From Proteromonas lacertae (taxonomy: Eukaryota), in assembly GCA_002245135.1 (NCBI GenBank), contig NGBS01001161.1:186001-250000 (forward strand): 64,000 nt of DNA, read 5' to 3'. Positions 40,258-51,693 of this stretch are shown here, in pieces (the stretch's first letter is position 1; every line of letters starts with the position of its first letter). The notes under the pieces were generated by a model. That model did not search any database and was not told where the DNA came from. It was given only the letters and a program-made list of their open reading frames with translations. Position numbers and translations under genes: made by a program.

Positions 40258-41350
40258 TTAAAGTAAAATTTGTACAAAATTATGATTAAAAATGATTATA
40301 CGACCAGGTGTTATTGCTGTTATAATGCCAGACCATCCCTAAATATAATAAAAATACATTGTAAATACATATGCGCCAAAAATATCACCTTGTTTCAAAA
40401 TTGTGTGTTCTTCATTGCTGATTTCAAATTCACCTTGGTCAATGATATAAGAAATATTCTCTGTATTTGTGTCATCACCAAATACCACTTCATTCGTTAG
40501 AACATCTTTCTATTTTCAATAAATTACACAATAAAAAACTATACAATTTCAATACTATCTAATAATCTAATTTTCTGAGTATCTGTTAGATTGTCAAGGT
40601 CATTGAATTTGTTTAAATATTTTAAATACTGTTTCTCCTTCTTTTGTATCTCATCATAGATTATTCTTTGAAATACGGGTCTTGTGATTGTCCAAGCAGA
40701 TAATTTTTCTTTTGCTTGAATAGAAAAACTGCTTACACTGTAGTGAAATAGAAACAATTCTCCAAATGCATCATCTGCTCCATAAGTTGCTATTTCTTTA
40801 TTATTTTCTATTTTTACACATGTACCTTGTAACATTATATAGAATGAACTACATGGTAATCCTTGTTGAATGATCATTTCACCAGAATCTATTACTTTCT
40901 CTTCCATTACCTTTGAAAGTGATACTAATGTTTCATTACCTAGATTTGCTAATATTGGAATTTTTTTCATTATTTCTTGGATTCTTTCCTCCTCTTCTAT
41001 TGTTTTATAAACATCAGCAACATCAACTTCTCGAATAGAAGAAGATGAAACGGCTGACTGTCTTCCATATGACTCCTTTTCTTTTATTTTACTCATTTCT
41101 TCTTCAGAGATCTCATATTTTTCTAATGGTCTATTTTTTATTCATATTATTTTCTAAAATATATACTCTGCACATTCTATTTTACTTTCATCTCCATATT
41201 CTTTAATCTTTTCTGCGACAAACTTTAAAGGATCTTCAGGTTGTTCAACTGCAACAGATTTTAAGGCGTACTTCACAGCTTTCTGAACTAAACAATATAA
41301 TGTGATGGATACATACGTCTTTCATCCACAGCATCAAGAACAGCGTCCAT
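40258..41350 (-). CDS. PKA regulatory-subunit-like protein (RIIa/Dpy-30-type dimerisation helix plus two cNMP-binding domains), 4 introns
   Basis: EQPEDPLKFVAE; GRQSAVS linker; GEMIIQQG...FYIMLQG...FGELFL...WTITRPVFQRI; second domain with QGDIFG. Confidence 0.75.
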
Positions 41351-41431
41351 TTTATTTTTGAAACAGAAAAGTTCAAACCTCAAGTTCGAAAGAAAAACGT
41401 TTTGATTTTTATCAAATCAATAATCTGATTG

Positions 41432-44400
41432 ATGGATGGATGTATTTCACCATATTCAACATCAACGGTCGCTAGAGGCGATTCGAGAGAGAATGAAAGA
41501 GATATATTAGCAAAATATAAAGACGGATCTGGAATTATAACTCAACGACATACAATAAATGAAGTAAGCGATTTAAAACAAAGAGCAATAATGTATAAAC
41601 AAATACTGGAAGTTAAAAGCGATTATCAGAAAAAATGTCTGGCATTTGAAAATCAGAAAGAAAAAGCTGATTTAGAATATGGCAGACAGAAAGATATGGA
41701 AAATGAACTTGCTCAAAATGAAGAAACACTACAACAAATAGAATCTGGTGAAATTGTTGTTTTACCTAGAGAACAATGGAAAATAGAAAAGAAAATAGAA
41801 TATTTAAGGAAACAAATACCAGTGCAACATGCACTAGCAGAAAAAGAGAAAGAATTACGAGTTGTAGCATCTCAAGCTAGAGATATGTCTGAATTAGCAT
41901 ATCACAAACTGAAAGATGATGAAATAGCAATAGAACAATCAATAGCCCAAGAGAACGCAGAAAAAGAAATAATAGCAGCAGCAAGAATGAAGAAAAAAGA
42001 AATAATAGAAAATACAAGAGAAAGAAAATATGAGCAGTATATAGATAATGAAAGGCAAGAAGAAGAATTCCATGAAACTCAAGCCCAAAAACAAAAACGA
42101 ATAGCTTTAGAAGGAATGAAATTAGCTAAAGAAAGACTTAGAGATTATAAACAGGAACAATTACCATACATAAATACATTAAAACAAGCTGAAGATGAAT
42201 ATACTGAATTAAGAACATTACAAAAACAGTCATTAGATGCGAATGTAGAAAGAATTACTAATAGAATAAAAGGTAAAAACGAAAAGAACAGAATTGCTGA
42301 AGAAGAAAGGAAGAAGAAAGAAAAAGAAGAATTTAATGATTTACTGTCGAATGGTAAGAATCCATATTATGTGTTTAGAAAAGAAAAATTAGATAAAGAA
42401 AAACAGCAAAAAATAGAAAATTTAGAAAAGAGGATAGAAGATTCAAAAGTAAAAATAAAAGAAAGAGTAGTATATGAAGATTCTCTAGACATGAAAGCAA
42501 AGAAAATAGAAATAAAGAATAAAGAATATGAAGATAGATTTAGAAGAGAATTAGGTAGAAAAGCTCAAGAAGAACATCGAGATGAGATTATGAAGAGTAT
42601 TACAATAAATCAAAGTATATTAGCCACTGAAGATGGTTCACCATTTTACCCATCTGAAAAGACGCAGTTTAAACCAGGTGGTTTTGGTACAGGTAGGACT
42701 GCTTTATTAAGACCAGATATTGTTGATAAAATAGCATCTAAACCTGTAAATAAGAATGTACAACCTGCTGATATATTTGTTAATACTGTATTTATTATTA
42801 TTATTATTATTATTATAGAATTTAAGAAGTAAAGATTTTTCTAAACAGCCATCAAGAGCAACATCTAGTGAAAGTGCATATCGAGATATAAAACTAGGAG
42901 AAATGCCAGGAACAACAGAATTAGAAACTATCAAATCACCAGAGAAAAAAGGATTTAAACTACGAGAATTAAGTAAATATGAACAGAATATGATGAAAAA
43001 AGCATTAGATCGACATAAAGCTGGTTTTACTAAACCACAAGTTGTCTGTGGAAGAGAATTTAAAGGTCAAGCTTTTATTCCCAAACCTGCAACTGTTGAA
43101 TTTAAAGATTTTGAAGTTGGCGTTGATATGGTAACTACTTTTATATTAACAAATGTGTCTTATAGTCAAACATATTTCAAAATGTTACCTATTGTTGATG
43201 AATATATAAATTATTTTGAAATTGAATATAATAAACCAGGAAGAATGTCTGCTGGTACTTCTTGTTTAATAAAAATTAGATTTATGCCTAAAGTAAATGA
43301 AGATATTTATACTGAAATACCATTTCTAGCTGATACTGGTCCATTTGCTGTTCCTTTAATATGTTTAACTAAAAAAGCGACAATGTCTATTAGTTCTGAT
43401 CATATTGATTTCAAACCAGTAGTATTAGGTGAATATGGTTTATATAATTTAAAAATAACAAATGATGGTGCTTTAGATACACATTATACATTAGTTACAC
43501 AAAATCCTGAAGAAATTGACAATCAAATATTTGAATATCCAATGGAAGGTGATGTCTTGAAACATTCAACAAAAACAATTACATTTAAATTCACACCAAA
43601 TCAACCAGAATCATATGAAAGAGATATGAAATTGGAATTTAATAATACTGAACCATTTGACTTAACAATGACTGCTGAATGTGTAAAAGTGCCTATTTAT
43701 TTAGAAAATCCAGTTTTAGACTTCTTATGTATTCCAGCTGATAAAACATACAGAATTGGATTATTTATAAGGAATAGAGGTAATATAACAATGAAAGTGA
43801 ATATTAAAATACCAAAAGAATTGAAAGATTATGTTTCAGTCAATCCTGATACAGTGTATGTACAAGGCAAAGATATAAAAGCAGATAAAGAAGGTAGATC
43901 TGAAGTAAGAATAAAATTTGAACCAACATTGGATTTAATATATAAATTCCCATATTATGTTCAAGACGATGTATTAGAATATCCAATACAATTAGATATA
44001 CCAGACCAAACTGAACCAGTAATATTCAAAATAAAAGCACAAATAACCAACAGTGATATAGAAATTAATCCTAATCCTTTATCATTTGGTAGAGTGTATA
44101 CTAACCAATCAAGTGTAATAAAAATAACAATGAAGAATCATTCAGCATTAGCACAAAGATTTGGATTTGTACATTTACCACAGGAAGTTATGATTAGACC
44201 AAATTATGGTTTTGGTACAATATTACCATTTGAAAGTCTAGAAAGAGAGATTGTTTTTTCACCTTCATCTGATATACTATATGAATATAAATTAGAATGT
44301 TGTACTGATTTTAATAGAAGGTTTTATATTCCAATGACAGCTCAAGGTGTTATATCACCATTTTCATTGTCGCATACAATTGTTCATTTCCCACCAACTG

Positions 44401-46424
44401 CCAAAGGTGATGTTAGTCAGACTACTATTACAATAAAGAATAAATCAAAGAAAGAAATGGATTTTGAATTTAATGTTCCAGTTCCTGAAATTTCACAAAT
44501 TATATTTGTTCCAGCTATAGGTACAATTCAACCTGGTAATTCACAGAATATATTAATAAACTTCAAACCAACAGAAGATGGTTTACATCCACCACCACCT
44601 CCTCCACCTGAACCAGAACCAGTAGAACCAGAAGAAGAAGAAGAGGATAGCAAAAAAGGCAAAAAGGGTAAAAAACCAGCTGCTAAAAAGCCACCAGCAA
44701 AGAAACCATCACCCAGATCATCTAAAAAGAAGAATGGTAAGAAAGGATCACCAGAACCAATAGAAGAACCACCAGAGCCAGTAGAACCAGAAAAACCAGT
44801 AGAACCAGAAACACCAAAACCACCAGAAAGACCTAAAATAGATGATAAAGTAGGATATATTCAATATTCAGAAGATATTGATGAAAATGAACCATGGAGT
44901 AGACATGCTTATTGGAGAGTCCCATTATTTATGAAAGAACATGATAGTGATAATATAAAAGAATATGAACCATTAGGTGTGAAAGTATATACAACAACAG
45001 TACAAAAGACATTAACATGCGATTTAGAAGTAATTGATTTTGGTAAGAAAGCTGCTGGTTGTGAAAGTACAAAGATAATTACCTTGGTTAATACAGATGA
45101 AGAACATGATTTACAATTAGAAATAGTTCCATTAAATACAATGGGTAGTTTTAGTGTATTAAATCCAGTAGAATCAATACCAGCAGATGGTAAAATATAT
45201 ATAACAGTATGTTTTAAACCATTACAACATTTAATTTATAAAGAAACTTTAACAATAAAATCTCTACGAGGAAATGTAAATATTAAACTAACAGGTGAAG
45301 GAATAAGTCCTTCTTTAGAAATCATACCAAACGATCCAATTATTAATATGGGAGTAACACAACATGGTAATACATCTACTAAGACAATTACATTAAAGAA
45401 TGTATCACTTTTCCCATTAACATTTACAGTAAAACCATTAACTTCACAAGATACAAATTATACAACATTACCTGTATATGGTTGTATTCCAATGGAAGGT
45501 ATTATTTTACCAGAACAAAGTGATACAATTACATTTTTCTTTACTGCTGATCATTCAAAGAATATTCCTTATAAAATGAAATATTTAATTGATGTTCCAA
45601 ATCAAACAGAACCTCATGTTGTTGAATTGATAGGTAGATGTTATGACACACCATTATATATTTATTCACCTGATTCCGAAGCTATTATTCCACATGGTAA
45701 AGAAGGTATTGAATATTTATTAGATATTCCATCATGGATTCCGATGGTAAAAGATGAAGAGAATAGTAATCCACTGTTACCAAATACAACAGAAGAAGAA
45801 GAAGAACCACCACAAGTTAATTTAAATTCGAGAGATACATCAATATATTTACATGCTGTTAGAATTGTATTTCCTAAAGATAAACCTGATGCAAAAATAC
45901 CAATTTATTTAGGTGGAGTTCAACCACATATTCCAATATCAAAAGATGCTGGTTTAGCAGCTGATGGAGTTGTTGATCCAAAGAGTGCAGCTGCTGCAGC
46001 TGCAGGAGGTAAAGGTGCAAAAGGAGCAAAAGCTAAACCACCACCTAAAGCAAAACCAGCTGCATCAAAAGCAGCAAAAGGTAAATCAAAGAAAGGAGGA
46101 GCAACTACAGCAGCAAGTGAAGAACCTATTGAATTTAATATTATTCCTGTTTGCACAACAGGTGGTGTTGGTACTTATGATATAAATGTTCCTGCACAAT
46201 GTCCATTTAACTTAACTAATCCTAGAGGTAATTTAACAAGTACACAGGAAGTAGTAATAGAAGTAACACAAAATCATGCAATCTTCAAAAATGATGATAG
46301 TGAAAAAGATATTGGCTTGTCGATTGGTAAGTGGATTACTACAGAATTAGTTTGTGAAATGAAATCTGGTAATGATAGTTTTTCAGTTCCTATAATATTA
46401 AAAGGATTTTTTAATACCATTTAA
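41432..46424 (+). CDS. CFAP74: Cilia- and flagella-associated protein 74, 1 intron
   Basis: N-terminal coiled coil with G.NPY.VF; QVVCGREFKGQAF..KP..VEFKDFEVG...LTNVSY...PGRMSAG; ASH/Ig repeats, GFGTILPFE. Confidence 0.85.
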
Positions 46425-46551
46425 ATTATTTTTTGTATTTTGTGTATGATTTTTGGTTTTTTATAGAAAATACAGAGTAATACACTTCATTAAATACATA
46501 GAAATACATTTTGCATTTCTATTGTGGTAATATTCGTTTTTTTGAAGCAAT

Positions 46552-47261
46552 ATGGTTAAATTAGGACAATTAAGAAATTGTATTTATCATCTCTATATCT
46601 TATCTATTGATCTATGTAGTTTTTGTTTTTCTATACTTCATTCTTTGCTAATTATCTAATTACAATATATATTCCTATTTTAAATCCATTTTTAATTTAA
46701 ATAATAGATCGTCGTACTTACAAGACACCACGTCGTCCATACGAAAAAGAAAGATTAGATCAAGAACTTAGACTTTGTGGTGAATATGGTTTAAGATGTA
46801 AAAGAGAAATCTGGAGAGTTCAACTTGTATTAGCTAAAATCAGAAAGGTAGCAAGAGAACTTTTAACTCTTGAAGAAAATGATACCAGAAGATTGTTTGA
46901 AGGTTCTACTTTAATCAGAAGATTGACACGTCTCGGTTTATTAGCTGATGATGAAAGAAAGTTGGATTATGTTTTGCAATTATCAACCCAAAGATTGTTA
47001 GATAGAAGATTACAAACTAAAGTATTCAGATCTGGTTTAGCTAAATCCATCCATCATGCTCGTGTTTTAATCAGACAAAGACACATCGCTGTAGGAAAGA
47101 ATATGGTTGATATTCCATCATTTATGGTGAAATTAGATTCAGAAAAACACATTAACTTCCAACCAAAATCACCATTCGGTTCATCTGGTAAACATGGTCG
47201 TGTATATGTACACAACATGAAAACAAAAGCCAACCAAAAGAAAGAAGGAGGTGATGAATAA
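46552..47261 (+). CDS. RPS9: 40S ribosomal protein S9 (uS4); single 128-nt intron 46580-46707
   Basis: [39 protein letters not shown]...[18 protein letters not shown]. Confidence 0.96.
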
Positions 47262-47461
47262 ATTATGATTTAATTATTTTCTACGATTATTACCACATTC
47301 ATTCATTTGTAGTTGTTTCTTGTGCTTTTTAAGATTATTTTCAAATGAATAGAATAACTTAAATTATGAAAAATACAAAAATTGAAACGGTAAAATTATT
47401 AATCAGTTATTTTTTCTTTTTGAATGATCTTTGAGGAGTGAGTGAATTTATAACACATAGA

Positions 47462-48322
47462 ATGTCTAAGAATAAAGTTAGTAAAAATAGACCTGATGCT
47501 ATTCCTCTAGAAGGTGAATTGGAGCTATATAAGCCATATCCTCTTTTTTTATGTTCTATAACAGTTATTTTAACTATATATAGTGGCTATTGTTGTAGAC
47601 AGTGGTTTAAATATTATGCAATGATAAACAGCACTGATAATGTTTTGAAGTTGTATAAGAATAGAATAGACAAAACACCATATAGTATTTATTTTTATGT
47701 TTATATTTATATAGTTGCAATTCGTTTAGAGTTGCTAAAAAAAGTAACACAAATAGATGATAGACATTTTGAGGTATTTTTTAATAAAATATAATTGTAT
47801 AAATAGCTATCGTATGGATGGAAAGTAAATCTATTCCAAAGTCCTACTAAAGCAGAAAATGATCAATGGATTGCTGCAATTGTAGATTTTTCAAGAAGAT
47901 ATGGTGAATATTTGCGAGATTATATATCATTATCTATGAATGAAATAGAGCCAATGATTCCAGGAAATCTAAATCACAAACATGCATATATTTCAATAGG
48001 AATAGCATCTGCGTTTAGTAATTCATCCTGTAGGCCATATCAAAGTAATAATAACTTACCTTCTACCTCTTCTGGAGGTGGAGCTGGTGGTGTAATTCCT
48101 TTATTAAATTGTATAGAAGATCCAACAGCAGAAACTCCCACAATTAGTAAAAGTAGTAATTCAAGTAGATTACATACACCAAATGTAATAAGTAGTGCAG
48201 AAAGACTCAAAACACCAATAGGAGCTAAAGATAGGTTGATTTGTAGTTGTAATGATTCAATTCATTCTGATTCTTCTAGACAACCTGTACGATCTTCTAC
48301 ACATTATAAGGAAGATATATAA
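47462..48322 (+). CDS. N-terminal PH-domain protein, 3 introns (first U12-type)
   Basis: After splicing: LEGELELYKPGYCCRQWFKYYAMI...LKLYK...IRLE...FE...FQSPTKAENDQWIAAI. Confidence 0.75.
47536..47583 (+). other. U12-type (minor) intron, AT-AG, 48 nt, frame-preserving
   Basis: 5' ATATCCTCTTT; branch TATTTTAAC; 3' TATATATAG. Removal restores the PH beta1-beta2 motif. Confidence 0.75.
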
Positions 48323-48505
48323 AGTCATGTCGTTAGTTTTTATCTCATTATTTATTAATTTTCTCAAATATGTATTTAAATGTAGTTTTAAGTAATATAT
48401 TTGTGTTTGTTAGATGAAGAGTGTTGTAAAAAAGAAAAAGAATAAAAAAGAATTAGAAACGGATATATATCTTTTTGGAGGTATTTTGTTTTTATCTTTA
48501 TCTCG

Positions 48506-50388
48506 ATGAATAATGCCGATAAAAAAGATAATCGCAATTCAAATGCTAACAAAGGTACAGAAGAAGTATTGGCAAAGATTATTGATGGTTTAGCTACTTC
48601 GATTACCTCTCTTCCCAATGATCTTGATTCAATTTCTAGATATTATTACTTCTTGCTGAATAGAACCGAAGGAACAAAATTTACCCCGGAAGAGATCAAG
48701 AAAGTGATATCAAGTAAAAAGAGAGAAGATTTGATGAAAGGAGCAATAGGTGAAGAAAAACCACATGATGATGTGATTTCATCTATAGTGAACAGTTTAA
48801 CATTGAATGACTCATTTATGAGCTTCAATGAAAGTATAGAGATTAATGACTTTCCAGAAAAGAGAATCTTTATTAGAGAATGTTACAAAGAGAAATACAC
48901 TGAGATAATGAATGATATAAAGACTTCAAAGAATGAAAATCCTCATTTTGTAGTGATTGGTCAAACAGGTAATGGTAATACTTCATTTGCTTATTTTATG
49001 TTAATGAATATAAAGAATGAGAAAGAAGATGTATTAAAAGGAAGAGAGATTTATTTTATAAAATCTGAAGATTCAATGGTTTATAAATATGTCAAGAAAG
49101 GAGAATGTTATTTATTAGAACATTTACATGATTGTGATATTAGAAAAGTGAAAAAATCAATTATTATTTGTGATAGTTATGGTAATGCTTCTAGTGATAA
49201 TATCATAATCTCCATTAGTTCTCCAAAGAAAGAGTTTTACAGATATTATATGAATAGTAATTCAAAAACAATATATTTTGATATATTTAGTCCAAATGAA
49301 GTTAGAATATGGTTTAAAATTTGTTTAAACTATGACAATGGGGTTGTTGATGAAAATGTGATGATTGATTATGGTTATAATCCTAGACACATTCACAGTC
49401 ATTATATTAATAGAGATATATTCAAAAGAGATTATTGGGATGAATATAGAAAGTCATTAAAGGGATTAATTGGTATTAAAAAGTTTAAAGAATTTATTAA
49501 TGAATATCTGCTCAGTGAAAGATATGAAGAGAATGAATTTATGAATTTAGTATTTCATTACAATTTAAAAGATGGAAAACCTCAAAAGTATTTGAAATTC
49601 AATTCAAAAAGAATTTCTTATGTGTTTATGAATAATATATCAAGAGAGTTTTTTGAAGAAAAAGCTGTTGATGAAAATTACTATATATATCGAATATATA
49701 AAGAAATGGATGATGAAGAAATAAAATCATTTATGTATAAAAGATTAGTAACATATGTAGTTGCATCCCATCCAGAAATTGTTAAAGATATAATATTATA
49801 CTATGAATCTAATTGTCATGATATGAAACCTGGCTTTCGTCATTATTATACTACATATGTAAAAGAATTTCAAGCAAAATCTTATTCTTACTATTATTTA
49901 AATGAACAGTATGATCGATATGATTTTGTAGTAAATAATTGTATGTTTAAAGTGTTTTATGATGATTCTTCACTTCAAATCAATGATGATGAACCAAAAT
50001 AAGATTTTTAATGTATTGTTATTAATTATATTCTTAATAGAGTAATTTCTATGGAAAAGACGAAAAGATATTAGAATCAAAAGAAGTTATAATCCAAAGA
50101 GAAGGATATGTTCGAAATGGTTTAGTATTAAATGATGAATATTTAGATAAATATTTTACTTCAAGAAAAGTAAGGAAATTAATGATCAGTGAAAACAATG
50201 AATCATTACCACCTGTTACTCATATAAATACTCATTCTAGATTTGCTCCAGGAAGTGAATTTGAAGATAATGAAGATGAAAGAGAAGATGAAGAAGATGA
50301 AGAAGGAGAAGAAAAAGATGATGAAGAAAAAGATGATGAAGAAAAAGATGATGAAGAAAAAGGCGACGACGACGACGACGACGACGAC

Positions 50389-50421
<33 letters not shown>

Positions 50422-51546
50422 AAAGAAGAAAAAGGAGATAAAAACAAAAAGAAGATCAGTAAAGAAAAACCAATCATTAGTTTAAAACCTAAAGAATTTA
50501 ACATAAAAATAGACAAAAAACTAATAGTTGATATTCCATCAAAAGAAGAAAACATACCAAATGATATTGATTTACAGTTAAATGAGATTGCTATCGATGA
50601 AAAAAATGATATATTATATATTAATAAACATGAATTGGTTAATAGAGATTGCTACAAAACTATATTGAACTTAATAAATGATAATAACAAAGGAAAGAGA
50701 AATTTTTTGATATTTGGGGTAGAAGGAATTGGTAAAACAGTTTTAGGTTATTATTTATGTCATTATTTTAGTCATTACTTATTTTCTGACAATGAAAATT
50801 ACAATGTGTTATTTATATCCAACAAAAACAAGTTTTATTATGCTCCAAAAGAAACTGGTGTATTTATGAGAATTGATAAATATGAAAATCCAAAAAATGG
50901 AAAAGTAGTGATAATTGCTGATGATATAGTGATAACTAGTAATGATTATATTGATGCTGATACTATGATTTTGTTGAGCAGTCCTTACTTGAAAAAGTAT
51001 AAAGATTTCCAATCCAAAAGAACTCCATTGTCAATGTATATTCCACCATTTACCGAAAAAGAAGCAAAAAAGTATTATAAAGGTGATTATGATATTGATG
51101 CTGACCAATATGGATATATTCCTGGTTTATTCATGCATGATTATGATGAAGATGAAGATTATTTTGAAGGATTAATTAATGAATATAAAAAACAATTAAG
51201 AGGACATAATTTCTTTGAGTATATCAAAGATGTTGATGAAAATCCAGAGAATGGAAAAATTAATATGAACAATATTTACTGTTATAAGATTAAAAAAGGT
51301 GATTTAACCAAAATAACTAGATATGAAGAGATATCAGAAGGTATTGGCAAAACGGTGTTTAATCATGTAATGGGTGGTGGTTTTGGACATCCAAATTTTA
51401 CTACAACTAATAAGACTAGAAGAAGAAGAAGAATAGAATTTGAAATTGATGGAGATCCTTATCTTAAAGATAATAAAAGAAAGGCAGAAGAAGAAGAAGA
51501 TGATGATGATAATGAATCTTCATCTAAAAGAAGAAGAGTAGAATAA
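48506..51546 (+). CDS. Crinkler/RHS-type protein with two P-loop NTPase modules; needs a +1 shift at 49996-50002 and intron 50013-50040 to be one gene
   Basis: FIRECY...VVIGQTGNGNTS...SSP...Y (module 1) and NRDCY...IFGVEGIGKT...LSSP...YKDF...MYIPPF (module 2); acidic linker; C-terminal KRRR. Confidence 0.6.
50311..50419 (+). repeat. Coding tandem repeat (GAAAAAGATGATGAA)x3 followed by (GAC)n(GAT)n poly-Asp
   Basis: Directly visible; encodes EKDDE x3 and a long Asp run. Confidence 0.85.
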
Positions 51547-51661
51547 AGAAAAATCAATCTTATATAGATATTATTATTAATAATGTATATCCTGATGTTT
51601 GTTTTAATCTATAATTCATATTTGAAATAATTAAAACAAGCCTAAATTATTGAGCTTGACA

Positions 51662-51672
51662 TTTTCGCGCCA
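51662..51672 (+). promoter_or_regulatory. E2F-type element TTTTCGCGCCA upstream of POLE
   Basis: Exact match to the TTTSSCGC consensus, about 22 nt before the ATG at 51694; CpG-rich in a very AT-rich context. Confidence 0.6.
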
Positions 51673-51693
51673 TTTTCATAATTATCATTTTAA

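Noticed and set aside
50232..50555. Antisense or alternate-frame ORFs (poly-Ser, poly-Met/Lys; also 1518..1829, 21608..21979, 36043..36435, 57416..57724)
   Set aside because: Shadows of real genes or of low-complexity acidic tracts on the other strand or frame.
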